Origin: Entomortierella parvispora E1425
Taxonomy: Eukaryota; Fungi; Mortierellomycota
Length of the DNA stretch: 64,000 nucleotides
Assembly: GCA_020891255.1 (NCBI GenBank)
Contig: BQFW01000009.1
Location: 496,001-560,000, forward strand
Direction: 5' to 3'
The first letter of the stretch is position 1. Each line of letters opens with the position of its first letter. This document shows, in pieces, positions 1-13,720 of the stretch. The notes beneath the pieces were generated by a model, which searched no databases, was not told the DNA's origin, and worked only from the letters and a program-made list of their open reading frames with translations. The translations under genes and the position numbers were made by a program.

Positions 1-3000
1 CAGAGAAGGCGACGATGATGACGATGGCGCAGTCGCCGCCGACTTCTTGTCCTGATGCCACAGGCACAATCCAAGAATAAAGTCGTCCACATTATGATTT
101 CTCATAATTTCCTCGTCCTCGTCCTGATACATATCGTCCGTCTCTTCACCATCACCGCCTGAGGAGGTCTTTCGGCGATGCTGCTGATGCTGTCGTTGTT
201 TCTCGTAATTGAATGACTCGACGCGGAAACTCAAGTCGTTCATGTAGTTGCCTCGACTAGTTTGAATCTTTAGTCGACGGGGCTTAGGGCGCATCGCCAG
301 ACAAGTCTCAAGGTACGTCAATGCCGATGCCGCCGACGGTCCAAGAGGTGGGGGGTTGTTCTTGAGTCCATCCAGCTCGGTAATTACAGCCAATGGAACG
401 ACGACTGTCCAGCGATCGGCATTCACCAATCTTTGGATCAGAGTCCAGTCTGCCACCAAACAGTTGGTGTCAATCACCAAAATCGAATTCTCGGGTACAG
501 GTGCTCGATGGGAAATGTCCCCTCCATGCCTTCGATCCGTATAGGCCCTTTGGTGTGAACGACGTCCATTTCCATTGCTGGCACCACTGCTGAAGGCCGC
601 AGGCCTAGGCTTGTACTCACGTTGCAACGAGCCAAGAGAGACTGTCATCCTTCCATTCGCGTTTGATTCGCTTAACAGCGACTTCAGCTGGTCTCGCTTG
701 GATTTCAACTCCAAAATTTCAGACGTAGACATATGATCCCCATAGTCTAAACCGTCAGAAGAAAACAGCGCAGTCTCATCCTCCTCTTCCAGTCCAGAGC
801 ACTCTTCTTGACTAAAACCAAACGACTTCTCGTCCGTCGAATAGTCGTCCAAAGCGACACCCAAAGTAGGGGGAAGATGAGATTTGTCGGCAAGAGACTC
901 TTGGACTTGAGCTGCGTAATCTTCGTTGACCTTGAAGGCATTCTCACAAAAGTCAAACTCGATAACACTCATGTTCTATCGTAAGAGAGAAAAGAGAATA
1001 ATGAAGAGAGTTTGTTAATGTTTTGTCAAGACAACTGCGCAACACCTTGTCATAGAAGAAACAATAGACTGAAATCTTACCATCGCAGCAACAAGACTCA
1101 GCTCTACAATGCGTTTCGAAAGCTGCTCGATCTTGATGGAATCATGGGTCCACAGGCAGTCATCCTTGACTTCGTCATCTCCCAAGACAGGCTGCGACCC
1201 CTTGAACATTTGAGGTCCAAAGCGATCCATCGGAATCCAAGCCAAACCACGGAGCTCCCACTCGTGTCCTAGAGGCGGCGTTGAGAACCTGAATGTATTC
1301 GATGTGCCTTGCTTCGGCAGATGTGATCCTGAGGACTCGGGTCCAGATTCTGAGGCGATTTGGTCAGAGATCTCTTCAGAGAGGGCAGAAAGCATATCCG
1401 ACTGCTCAAAAGGCGACAACTGGTTCCAGTGCAGGTTCATGAACTCGGTCATCGTTGTCCAAAAGTTAGGGAGCGACTCTTGGTCAGCCATGAGAAGCCA
1501 ACTTTCCAACATATCGCTACCGCTGGAAGTCCCGAATGGTTTGCTTGCCATCCAAACCAAGACAACGTGGCAATATACGAGCCAGCCAAGCTGCTGCTCT
1601 GCTACAGCAGCTGACTGAGCCAGTTTCTTTTGGTTGTCCTCGGTCGAGCGCATGTAGTTGCGCATAGTTTGTTCCATCGTAGAGAGAAGAAGCTTGGAGG
1701 AATAAGGCAAAGTCGCCACAGAGTCCAAAAGATCGATAACAGGCCCGGTTCTTGTACTGGCTTTGGCCACCACAGATCCTGCCCAGTTGAATTCGTAAAG
1801 CGCAGCAATATTGATAACTGCCTGCATGAAGTAAAATCCATCCCATCGCTCTACAAGAGAAGTTGGCTCGAGTCCTTGATCCTGTGCAAACGTCTTTTCC
1901 TGCTGCGGGCGAGGGGAGTGGTTGCTTGTCTGAGGTCGGTGCTGTTGTCGCTGCAGTAAAGATCGAATTTGCTTTGAAAAGTTGCGGAGTCTCTTCTCAA
2001 ATTTGTCCAAGTTGATCTTCTCAAAGAGCATGGCATGGAGTAGGAGAAAAGATCCCTCACAGTCCATGAGAGAGGCGTTCGCAATCAGAGATGCCTGTCG
2101 ATTCTTTGAGCTGGGCTTCAATGACAAACCAGAAAGGGTCTGGATGTGTTCATTTGTTGCAAAGAAGGACATCAGAGTATCGCGTGCATTCATAAATGAC
2201 GATTTTACAGTCAAACTAAAGAGATGGTAGGACAAAGAAGCACGGCGCGTTAATACAACTATCAAATAGTAAGAGAGTGTGAAAGATATAATTCTGGCAT
2301 ACCTTTTGCTGTAGTAATAAAGAGCCTCCAGGTCTTGACTTCCTGACAGCAGGGCAAGCTGATTGTACATTTTGCCGTTGCCTGGTCCGAGATCGATAGC
2401 TTCTCGATAGAACTTGCGAGCGACGATAAGCCAGTCGGTGGACGCTGGAGAGAACTCGTCCAACTTGTGCAACCACCGGTACCGAGCTAAATCACCCATG
2501 ATACCGATACATCGGTGCCAGCGGGGAGGCATGGATCGCCCATTAAAATTGCTAGCGTTGCCTTCAAGGGTCTGAAGGGTTGACTGGAGCATAATATAGA
2601 ACTCTTGAGCAAACGAGATGAACTCTGAAAAACAATGTCGGATGGTGCTGGTGTGATCCTCGTCCGATTCGGACAGAGACATGCTGCCAGAGCTACTCAT
2701 GCCACCGTTGGTGTGCTCCGCATTTCTCAAGGCTGCTCGAAAAGTCTCGATCAACGGGTATATAGCCAATTTCCAGCATCTGGTGTCGATATCATGCTTC
2801 ATGGAGGACTTGAAGTCCAGTTCAAGGAGTTTGAGGTACTTTGATGCCAGTCTAGATAATTTGAACAAAAAGATAAAAAATTAGTTGCGTGTTTGGAGAC
2901 AAAACGGGCAAAGGACCCGTTGGAGCAGAGCGTGGGTCTGTGCAGAATCTCGTCGCATCGCCGCATTTGAGGATTGTCAAAAACGTGCGTCTTGACTCAT

Positions 3001-3910
3001 GCATAGGATCGACGAGAGGCAGATGATGGGTGGAGTGTGCGTAAATAGGAGATAGTGTGAGTAAAATGCATCCAATGTTGACTTACTTTTTCGCGTTTTC
3101 AGTGCGTCGATTCCAGAAAAGATGGCCTTGTCCATATCGGCTCTCAGTGTCCTCTTCATCACTGTCAAGACTGCGGCGGCCAGGTTTCTCCATGACCTTC
3201 TTTTCCAGCTGCTGAATCTCCTTGGTCAACCGGACGAGTGCGCTGTCTGCACGAGGAGACGCCGGCGATGACGAAGCTACCGTGGTCGGCGCATTTGTGC
3301 GCGCCGGCGCGCTATTGGTTGTTGAACCTGCTGTCGACGACTGCGGCTGCCACAACTGTTGGTGTTGTTGCGGTGGGCCCCTTCCGGACGACTGCGGCTG
3401 TCTCTGCGAGCGTGCATCCTTGTTCCTGGCATTTCCTGGACCTGAACCTGAGGCTGGGCGCGACTGGGAAGTTGCAGAAGGAACGACTGGTACAGGGTCG
3501 TGCTTTGGGTCGAACAACTTGCGTCGGTTGTTATTGACAGTAGGTGTGGTAGTAGGAGCGGCTATATTTCTGCTGCTGGTATGGTTGTTGGAGTTGCTTG
3601 TCCCCTTCCCAGTTGCCACAGTTCCGGCTGCATTTCCGTTTTCAGCCCCGGTCAGATTCCCTCGTCCATTAGAGGAGGGACCTGATGAAGCAGGAGCAGA
3701 AACGGCAGAGGAGGAAGCTGCGGCTGGCTGCGAAAGAAGGGTCGAATTGTTCAGTCCATTGTGCAAATTGTTGTTGAAGGAAGGACTTTTTTCAAGCTTC
3801 TTGGACTGATGTCGTTGTTTTCGGCCAGAGTTGGGCTTAATCTTTGAAGAGGCTGAAGCGTTGTCTGTGGGAATGAATGGAGCTATCAAACCAGTCTTTG
3901 CTGTGCTCAT
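1..3910 (-). CDS. SMG6/Est1A-like NMD endonuclease (low-complexity N-terminus, Est1 TPR domain, C-terminal PIN domain); multi-exon, 3' end runs off the window start
   Basis: ORF 1015-2868 has Est1/SMG5-7 TPR motifs (MGDLARYR, YREAIDLGPGNGKMYNQLALL, ALYYYSK). Manual minus-strand translation near 350-500 gives ILVIDTNCLV...VVPLAVITELDGLK, and near 70-100 NVDDFILGLC; these are PIN motifs. A GTAAGT donor lies at ~3085. Confidence 0.85.
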
Positions 3911-4506
3911 AACTCTCTCGGGGAGGGTTGCTTTTGTGGGAAGGCTGTAGAGGGGAGGAAGAGAAAAGCGGTTGCAATGGTTTGCAAGGAGTCGTGGGGT
4001 GGGGGGTCAGGTTGCGCAAAATATAAAAGAAATGCAGGGATCAGATGGGGAACGTGTGTTTGTAAAGGAGCGATGATTTAGATGGGTTGCAGGCAAGAGA
4101 GAGAAAGGATCGCAGAGACAGGTATTCCATCGGCAAAAGGGCGGGAGAGGGGGGCGTGTTTCTGTTGCAATGGGATCGTGAAGAGAAGAAGGAGGAAGAA
4201 GAATCCGGAAGCACACCGCTGCTCTCATTCGCATGGATTTGTCTCATGGCCAGACGGACGGACGAGTCACTCTCCCACTGCAGCGCATCGTTGCGCCTGA
4301 TTGGTCAGAATGAGTGACCCACCGTGGCTGCGGCGGGCCACTGCATGCATCATCGCGCAATTTTGGTTACTATGCGCACGTGACGAGTTTTTTTGCGTGT
4401 CTGTCTCTCTCTGTCTGCAATCCATCCTACGTAAACACGCCAGCTATCCTTCAAAACGAAGGACGCTCATGAGGCGCCGACAGTCTTTATTATTACGAAC
4501 GCTCTG

Positions 4507-7500
4507 CTAAAATCTCTCTAGCTCCACCGAGAATGTTGTTACGTTCACTACCTCACCTGCTGCTCTGGTGGCGACTGCTTGAGCAGCAGCAACGCCTCCA
4601 GCTCCACCATGGTGTTGTGGGATGCCACCCAATTGACCGTCTGCGGCTGCAGTTGCAGACACTGCCACCATACCCATGGCGCCTCCACCGCCGATACCGC
4701 CCCCGCCTCCAGTTCCCAATCCAGCTGCAAGTCCTCCATGCCCTACTTGACTCAGAGATCTAAAGGTATCAAGCAATCGTCTGCGATGGCTCGTTCCTCC
4801 GCCTGCTGCGGCGGCGGCGTTATTCCCATTGTTTGGGGCTCCTGGTCCAGCCTGTTGTCCATGGTTGTTGGAAGTTGTAGGTGGATGAGCGGGTCGACTC
4901 TGGCGATAAATGATCCTTCGTAGTTGGCCATGGGCATCCACTTGGATTTCAATTGGGGTCATGGGTCGAGAGAGGGACCGACGGATTCGAGCCGTGGTCT
5001 GTCGGAGGATCGATCCGGGAGTAGGCAAGGCCAGCGTCATTGTGGGTGCCACGGAGGGAAGAGAGTGAGTGATGGACGATGGATCCGATGCAGGGACCAT
5101 ACGGTTGATGGCCGCGATTGTGATGCTCCCAGGTACTCCAGGTACTGAATCTGAAATAGCTGCTGTCGTCAATTCTGCCGACTCTGTATTAGCAGTCGTC
5201 GAATCCAAAGCGGATACAGTGGAACTGACTGGAGACGCGACGGCAGCTGTGCCAGATGATGGGGGGGACGATGAGGATGAAGACCCTGCCTGCTGACCTC
5301 GAGTCTGTTGGTTATGCTGAGAAAATTGCTCCAAGATGTGAGCAATAGAGATGCCGGCCTGTTCGGCTGCTTCTTGGACAGCCTCGATCATGACCTCGTC
5401 CATCTCTTCTGGCAAAATGGGCCTTGTCCCGATCAAATCTCCATTCTGTGATAGATGAAACTCTGTCTGCTCAAACGTGTCGACCATTTCCGATCCAAAA
5501 CTGTCCTTATATTGCCATCGCACACACTGCAATGAACACAGTTGATGCCGGATCGGCACAATAGTTCGACTGCTGGCGCCTAGCTTCACAGGCTCTAGGA
5601 ACGTGATCCAACCGGACGTGAACATTCGACGATGACAGTAATCGCATGCAGTCGTTGGCATTGAGAGCAAATCGATCAGAGGAATAGGAAGGAGCGAGGT
5701 CTCGGGGTCCAGCAGGCGTTCCAATTTCGAGACATGGCGGCGCCTTCGAACAGGTTGTGGCCTCTTGGGGTATGTTTCTGGCGACATGGTGGCCAGAGTC
5801 TCCTCTTGAGGAGCATGGACAATTTCGGCTTGGATGGGACTGATCAAGGGGCGAACAAGAGCTCTGTCTAACTGATGTTGTTGTTGTTGTTGTTGTTGCA
5901 GAGTCGTCTGCTCTCGTTGGTTGCGGGAGGAATGTCGCCGAAAGATGGAAGGCGGCCTGAGACTTCGAGGTGATGATTTTTGGCGACTAGGCCTGATCCT
6001 AAGATTATCTGTTGGCGCTGTCAAGAGATTGCCTGGGGTCATGGTAGCACAAGTCAAAGAAGATGACAGGGATGTTGAAGAGGAAGAGGTCACTGATGGA
6101 GGTGAACTGGTGGATGGAGTCGACGATGATGAGGATGATGATGAAAAGTGCGAATTGGATGAAGTATCTGATGACGACGCGTCACTAGAATGAGCCGAAG
6201 TAAGAGTTGATGAGCGCGTGGGTTTGTTGGTGTTACCAACGATGCTAGAGGGATGAACAGTGGAGCATGCTCGGCTAAAGAAGCTGTATCGACTCTTTTG
6301 AGGAGTCGCGACAATGGTGGGGACATCTGGTGCAGGAAGAGTGGACGCTCGAGTAAGCCCCAAATCGGCCATGGCGGGTAGAAGATGGCTGATACCCATC
6401 CCAATATTCGCATCCGGACCTGTGCCAGACACCTCGCTCATGTCTGAGGAATACATTGAGTCTGGCGAAAGACACATGTCGCTTGTCAGACATCCCTTGC
6501 CTTGGTCCCGTTGGTTCTGAGGACTGTACCGCTCTAGTACAGCACGCGTTGCCATCTCCAGCAAAGTCACGGGTTGCCTATCATAGTCGGAGACACCATA
6601 CTTGAAGTTCAGTGGATTTTCCTCCAACAACAAACTATGGATCGCCTGCATCTCCTTAAACGCGCTTGGCAAGTATTCAATTTCGTTCCGTCGACAATCC
6701 AGTTTGTACAGAGAGCTCAATCTTGCCAAGGCGGATGGCAAAGTCCGCAACTTGTTCTGTACGATGCCCATCTTGACCAATTTCTGCATCTGATCCATTG
6801 TTCCAGGCAGAGTAACCAGCTTGTTGTCGTTCAGGTTTAACCACTCCAATAGTTGCAACTGTCCGATAGATCCTGGGACGTCCTCAATCTTGTTGATTGC
6901 CAAATTAAGTCTTCTCAGCGACCGCATCGAGCCCAACTGATCCGGCAACTTCTTGAGGTCATTTGTGTGCATGTCCAAATTCAACAGGTTGACCCAAGCC
7001 TCACAAAGAATTGCCGGCAGAGCCTGGATCTGGTTCACACTCAACAGCAGGTGCTGCAAGTTGCGGCATTCAGCCATTTCCACCGGCAATCTCTGAAGTC
7101 GGTTGTAGGAAAGGTTGAGCGAAACAAGCTGGACACATTGCCCAATCTTGGGCGAAATACTGGTAATCCGATTCTTTTGAAGGAGCAACACCGTCAATGA
7201 CTTCATCTCAAAAATACAATCGGGGATCGCAATAAATCGATTCCGCTGGAGATCCAATGAGGTCAGTTTTTGCAGTTGACTGAAGGCGATAGGTAACGTG
7301 GTCAATCTATGAAGGTATCCATGGTTTCCGAGAGTCATGACAGTAAGTAAAGGTGACTAGTTGGGTCGTTGAGCTTTGATGACATCTCTTTTTTTGTCAG
7401 CATAGTATTTTGTTTCGAATCTTTTTGGTCCCTTGCTTACTGCTCCCCCTGACTCATTCACATTGCGTCCACTGAAAAACGGTTCATCTCTTACGTGTTA

Positions 7501-8128
7501 CTGGCAAGCGACAGCCAAGTAAGCTGACTGAATGCAGCAATAGGCTCTGGCGGCTCTTGAAGTCGGTTGTTGGCCAAAGACAGTTTCTGGAGTAGCTTCA
7601 GGTTGGTGATCTACGTCACATGCACAAACAGCATCAGAACAAGCAAACAAAGAAGAAAACTGTCGCGCCTGTTGTGCCATCATTGGCTGCAAGATGTGCG
7701 ATAGAGAGAATGGCCAGGGGAGTGTATCAAAGGCGGTGGATAGAGAGGGTCGATCGGCGTGCATGGGGTTGTGGCCGAAGTCCAGGGTCACAAGGGCAGC
7801 TACGTCTCCAGCGCCACAGATTTCTCTATGGCCCGTCATTGTTCTGTTTACGACCTGCCCCGCATGTGGTCCGTGGACCGCATTCCATTGTTTTGTGTGT
7901 CCAGTCTGAAAAAAAATGAGAATTTACCTCTTGAGGCACCGATGTTATCAAGTTGTCCCTCAGGCTGAGTTCCACCAGGTTGGTCAAGACTTTGATGTCA
8001 GGAGGGATCTCCTGGATGTTGTTGCGTCGCAGCAAGAGTTTGGCGACGTGTTTATGATGTTTATAAATGTCATCCGGAACATGGTGTAAGTCGCGGTCGC
8101 AAAGAGTGATCGAATAGACGTTTCCCAT
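4507..8128 (-). CDS. Leucine-rich-repeat protein with BC-box-like motif and C-terminal Cys cluster (LRRC58-like tail); 3 exons
   Basis: Exon 1 starts MGNVYS (8128 to ~7924), exon 2 ITNLKLLQKLSLANNRL (~7617-7498), exon 3 7310-4507 with many LxxLxLxxNxL repeats, then PVTLLEMATRAVL and CDYCHRR...RHQLCSLQC. Confidence 0.8.
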
Positions 8129-9512
8129 GTCGTTTTTCGTTGATTCGATGAGTGTTGTGGTGGATTTGTGTGTCTGTGCGTAACAGTGCAATAGTGTAAC
8201 AGTGAAACAGTGGGGAAATTTTCAGGTGCGATTGTCCCTGGAATGATCAGTCAGAGATCTTCAGGGCACCGCTGGACAAAGGAGAGATAGAGAAACGGGC
8301 AAGTTTTGAGGTGAGCAAGAAGAGAGAACGTGGAAACAGCAGCGATGAGAAAGACAGCAGCAAAAAAGACGTTGCGTTCTGTTGGACACTAGGATGTACA
8401 TGAGTTCACAACCGAAAAAAGAAGCGTCAGCAGAAAAAAACCTGCAAGGCTGGTCTGGATAGTAAGGGGGAAAAAAAATTAAAAAAATTAAAAAGACCAG
8501 CGTGATTGGAATGAAGAAGAATGGTGAATGCCAAAATGGCATTGCAGTCATCGACGTCTTCGAGGAAAAGGAGACGACCTGGTAATAGAGATCCTCTCTG
8601 CCTGTTTGTGTAGATAGCCGGTGACCACTCCAAGAGCTGTTCTTTTCAGAAAGGCAGTTATCGACCACATCCCGTGTAGACAAGATCAGGTTCCGTGCGT
8701 AAGACGGCTCCGTCCATACTATCAGGCCCCATGCACGTCTTCCATTCCGTTGGCAGGCGTTGGATCTGCAATAGACTCGAGTGAAGGATCGACAGCTGTT
8801 AAAACGCGTCACTGTCTTTTAGTCTTTCTGGAGCATTAGCAATCTTACTCCATGGAAACCACATGGGACAAGATACGAAGAGAAAAAAAAGAAAAAAAGA
8901 AAGAAAAAAACCACCCCCCTCAGAGCATGGACGGTGAAAGGGTCCGATATGTGGGGAAGATCAGTGAAAGTGTGGCTGAAACTACTAGGTAGAGAAAGGT
9001 CGTAACCCAGTTCTCCATATTTGCCATTCGACATCATCGACTCACTCATAGATTGTCAAATAAGTGCCACTTAGCCTTATCCATGCGAGTGATAATCTTT
9101 TGGTTTCGTCTGTTGAATGTTGGTAGTAGTCGGAATAACATGCTCTCGAGCAACAAGGTCCCAAATCGACGTTGGATCAGAAAGGAACCGTATGACTTCA
9201 TAACGTTATTCCCTCTCCGTGTGCAAAACAGATAAGCGGGGTATTCAGGGCAATATCTAATTCAGAAAGTCTTATTGGAACTGAAGTCCTCCAGCTCCCG
9301 TCATCTTTCCTTTTGACTTGTTTATTTCCATGTTTTCAAGGGTATCCCTTCGTCCCAGGGCAATCTATAGATGGTGGACCAATGCTATGCTTGTAAATAC
9401 TGAGGCGCACAGCATGATCCATGTTACAATTGTGTTGAAGGTCGTTTGTTATTGTCGTATTTTTGGTAAAGGTGAACTATTCGAATCGAGTCGGAAGAGA
9501 TATTGTTGTGCT

Positions 9513-10306
9513 CTATGCTGATGCGGTTGCCTTTGCCTTGTCCTCGACAACGTTGAGTCTTGGGACATTGCTAGAAGCGGCAGCGTCGGCCTTCTTCTTG
9601 GAGGCAGCGGCCTCCTTGGCGCGCTTCTCCTGCTGCTTGTGGGCCTCATCCTGGACGGTCTTTGTGCGGATGATCTAGAAGAAGCAATTGAAGGAACCAG
9701 AAGTTATTGACTAGTCCATATTTTGAATCGAGTCTTCCCTCGTCATATTCCAGTATTGGCACTGGATTGCAGTAGGACGATGATAAGACCATCCCTGCAT
9801 GACTGGGCCATGATTTGGCGATGTTTCATACCTCCTTGCTGTGGTGGAGGCACTCGAGGTAATCATCACGCTGGAGAACGCACTCCTCGGGCTTGTCAGC
9901 AAGAGCGTAGCACTTGTGGAACTCTTGCCAGAAGGGGTAGCATCTGCTGCGTCCTGTGGTTTGAATGAACGGTTTGGATGGTTGAAAGTGTTGTTGAGTT
10001 GATGTTGTTGTGATCCAGAGCAGTGGCACAGGTCGAAATCCCGAGAGATGAGAGTAGCAAGAGGCCAGTCATAGATTGGTGTTCGTCATAGATGAGGATG
10101 GAGGAGATGAGGATGCAGGATATGAAGTTCTTTGTTAGTACACTGTCGCAGATCCGTGTTTCCGTTCGTTCAGAGTCCCGTCCTGGAATGAACATCGGGT
10201 TCGAACTCCATAAGCAGGATGCGTATTCAACGACGATGACAAGGAAAAGAACTCCAGATGGGGGCGAAGGTAACATACCGCCGTTGTAACCGTATCCGGA
10301 AGCCAT
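9513..10306 (-). CDS. NDUFS5: NADH:ubiquinone oxidoreductase subunit NDUFS5/NIPM (complex I); 3 exons
   Basis: Spliced protein MASGYGYNGGRSRCYPFWQEFHKCYALADKPEECVLQRDDYLECLHHSKE|IIRTKTVQDE...; twin Cx9C pattern; GT-AG introns. Confidence 0.85.
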
Positions 10307-10603
10307 TGTTGAATGAGGATGGAGTAGAGAGTCGAATGAATGAAGATTCAATGATTCAATTGCTCCGAAAGCGCGCTTTCGACGAGATCTCGCTCGACCG
10401 CCCGAACTGCAGAAGCCTTGACAACATTTACGTCGCCGTGATTTACGGTGACGTGTACAGTGGGATTGAGAATCGCGTTTTTAGCGCTAGAAATCGCTGA
10501 TTGGCTGCCGTTTGGCAGTCTCTTTTTCCACTTAATTTTATTCTAGATTTATTTAATATATTAAGGAGAGTCAATTGACCCTCCAGTTAATTGTCTCAAT
10601 TGA

Positions 10604-13337
10604 TCATTTTTGGCATTGCCTTCCTGCTTGGGAAGTGTTCAGCCCAAGAACTTCAAGTTCTACGTTTCTGAGGGCTGCTGCAGTGCTCTGCATGTACTGG
10701 AGAGTACGTTTCTGAGGGCTGCTGCAGTGCTCTGCATGTACTGGAGAGTACATCTTCTTTTTTTAGTCGTTCTTAATGCTTCTCCTATAGCTTTCCAGGA
10801 TGCTTCCATTGCAGTCTCGCAGTCCATGAATGCTTGGTCATTCTCCTGTTGTTTGGCAACTCGAGCGGCATGTGCCTTTTCAGCTCTCTGTCTTTGAAGC
10901 ATGAGGCGAATTAGTGGAGGCAATGTCGCCTCCAACGAACATACGGGCGATTCAGGTTCAGGATTTGGCTTGATGTCTTGTTCTTCAGGAGAGGTGTCGC
11001 CAATAAAAGAGACCTTCAAGCCTGGGTAAATTCTCTGTGACAGATACATGTGCTTGCATGGGATGTTCTCTTTGACAAAGTCAGGACAAGAACACGAAAC
11101 GAGGTGAGAATAGTTCTTGTTTGTATCAACGGAGTACTTTGTGTTGGGAGTAGAAAACGACTGGACTAAGAACTACTCCAGCCACACACAATGACAAGTG
11201 GAAACGTTTAGAATATTTTTCAGAGCAAGTTTGGAAAGGAGTAGAAGAAGTAGATACCTTTTGCTCCTGAATAATTGCTGTAACCATGGCTTGAGCTTCA
11301 TTGAAGTGTAAGACCATTGCTTTGCTCTTCCTTGTCTGATCGTGCTCAAGGAGTTTGATTTGCTGCATGTCGTTTTCGATCCTGAAGTACGTTGTCCTGA
11401 AGTCTACGTCTACGACGCCTTGCAGAATGTATATCAAGTCGTCTGCACGTAGATTGCGCTCCTTCCTGAGATGCTGAGACTTCAGGGTTTTGTGCCAACT
11501 TTCGACCAGATTATTGGTATTGATCTCTTGGTGACCCTAAAAGAGAAATGAGGAGCTCCGGAGGGTTAATATCTCTAGGAGCTCACAAGTTGTTAACTAT
11601 TGAAAACTTTGCAGAGGTGGCTGCACCTGTCTCATATAGATGGCCCACTTTTCCAACTTGTGGGGCAGCATCCACTTCTTAAGGTAATTAACAAGAGCTT
11701 GCGCCCCCGGTAAAAACCGCGCTTCAAAATTGTTCATTGCTTCCACTCTTTTTTCGTCAGTGCCTGCCTTTCGGATGGCTTTCATGGCGCCTCTCATACG
11801 GTTACTGTCCTCCACCTATAGAGTTGTGTTAACAGATATTAATTTGCGTGCATGGGGACATGCTTACTTGTCAAGCCATCGCTCTTACGTTGTGGAGCTC
11901 CCGCAATTTCCGTTCCCATGCCTGCCCAACATGGAACGAGCAGTAGTAGATATCCATACGCCGAAACACTCGCGCAATTGCTTCTGACTCGACAACAGAG
12001 CAGTCCACCATGAACTTTGATGGATTCATTCCGCAGTCTTCTTTGAGCCAGAGCAACCAACTGGTAAGAGTTTCGCTGTAGTTGCAGTTAGAGCTAATAT
12101 CAGAACTATGGCCATGTAACGAAGGTAGAACAGCAAACCCCAGAATTGGACCTACATCGATTCGGAATTGCAAATCATGAATGCAATTGGTACACTGCTG
12201 TGCGTCTTTCGGTCTCGAACAAGAATTGTAAACAGAAAACCAGAAGTATATACCATATCGTTGTCACGACTCGGCAACAACGACTTCACAGTTTTATGAG
12301 TGGAGTCCATGCACATGATCCCGGTGTTAGCCTCCATGACCTAAGATCGTTCAAGTAAATTGTCCTTTGTACTGTAAGTAGTAAGCAGTGTATATTAGAT
12401 ATGAGCTCCAGTCAGTTGGAACTTACCTTCAGCTGAAATTTTGTTGACCAAGCACACATGAACTTTGTCGCGTCTCCTTCTATCGCGTCCATGAATTTGC
12501 CTTTGCCTCCCTGGAGCCCGATTTGTTCGAGCCAGAGCTTCACACTGAGTGTGGGATATGCCGATTTCCGAGACTCAAGTGTTTTTTGACGATACACAGC
12601 CGCTCGCACATCATCATATAGCATCGTCAACGCAGGAGGAACAAAGTCGAGAGGAGTCTGTTGACGGTCCGTTTGCTCAAGCTATGATTCAAAAGGCATG
12701 ATGTTCATTAGGGCTGACAGCGCAACAACCATTCAATTATTCAATGTAAACTGCCTTAACCTTCAAAGTGCTTCATTTGATAATCGCAAACTTGATCTAA
12801 TGGAATGCCAATCACAACCTTCGGCAACCTTGAACTTGATCCAGTCAAGTTCATTCCTGCCCATCGGGATCTTGGCTCTGGTCGTTGGAGAATCGTCATG
12901 ATTGTGTCGCCAATGGTAGGTCACCTCCACTTCCTCCTTCCCAACAGGCTTGGTCATCCTGACGAACACTCCACATCCAGTTCCAACGCCGACGCGACCA
13001 CTGCCCAATACCTTGGGATCGGTCCAACGTCTACAGCGGAATAAAAAGCTCCAGTCATTTTTTTGGGAGTGCCTTTCGAACCAGTATGTTTCTTCAAATA
13101 GACAGGGAGTGGCCTATCTGGATCCCAGTTGTTGATTCCACGGTTAGATCCACCTTCAGAGCGATGGTCGAATTGGATGGCGGTTCTTTCTGCATGCCAG
13201 AATGCTTTAAATTCTGAAGGTGAAAGTTTGGCATTCCAGCAATCTTGGTCTCGTGGATGAGAATACGGTTGCACGGGGAGTCGAGGGTTGAAGTCCTTAG
13301 GATGAAGGAAAATATCTTTCACTTTAAGGGTCTCCAT
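10604..13337 (-). mobile_element. Mutator-like (MULE) transposase gene: zinc DNA-binding domain, DDE domain, SWIM finger; about 7 exons
   Basis: Reconstructed motifs WSFLFRC...GC...YHWRHNH; CMDSTHK (D); FMVDCSVVE...YYCSFHV (D, CxxH); NTNNLVESWHKTLK (E); CSCPDFVKENIPCKHMY (SWIM). A frameshift sits in the T7 run at 13058-13064. Element ends were not found. Confidence 0.85.
10661..10751. repeat. Perfect 44-bp tandem duplication in the last MULE exon
   Basis: tacgtttctgagggctgctgcagtgctctgcatgtactggagag occurs at 10661-10704 and again at 10705-10748. Confidence 0.95.
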
Positions 13338-13720
13338 GCCAAGGACCAAGCAGCCATCCACTGCTGGGGGGTGGGAAAGAGCAGAAGGATTGCTGAAACA
13401 AACGCGTCCCCTGTCCGCCCTTGTGCCTGTGTTTTCTTCCCAAAAAAAAATAAAAATCAGGGGTCAGTCCGGTCACACAAAGGTGGGAGGAGGGCATTCA
13501 TGCAGAACGGTGGCAAAAACCACACAACATACTCTTGGACCGCTTGTTTGGTTCAAAAGAGGCACCTTTCCTTCTTTCGGCCGTTTTCCTCATCACTCTG
13601 TCTTCCTTGCTTCTCTTCTCCCTCTTTCTTGACCACTCTCTTCCTTACACCTTTACGTCCTTACTCCCTTACATCCTTACACCTTACATCCACTATCCAC
13701 CTATCCAATAAGTTGCCCGG

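Noticed and set aside
3222-3809. 195-aa plus-strand ORF
   Set aside because: Antisense to the low-complexity first exon of the SMG6-like gene.
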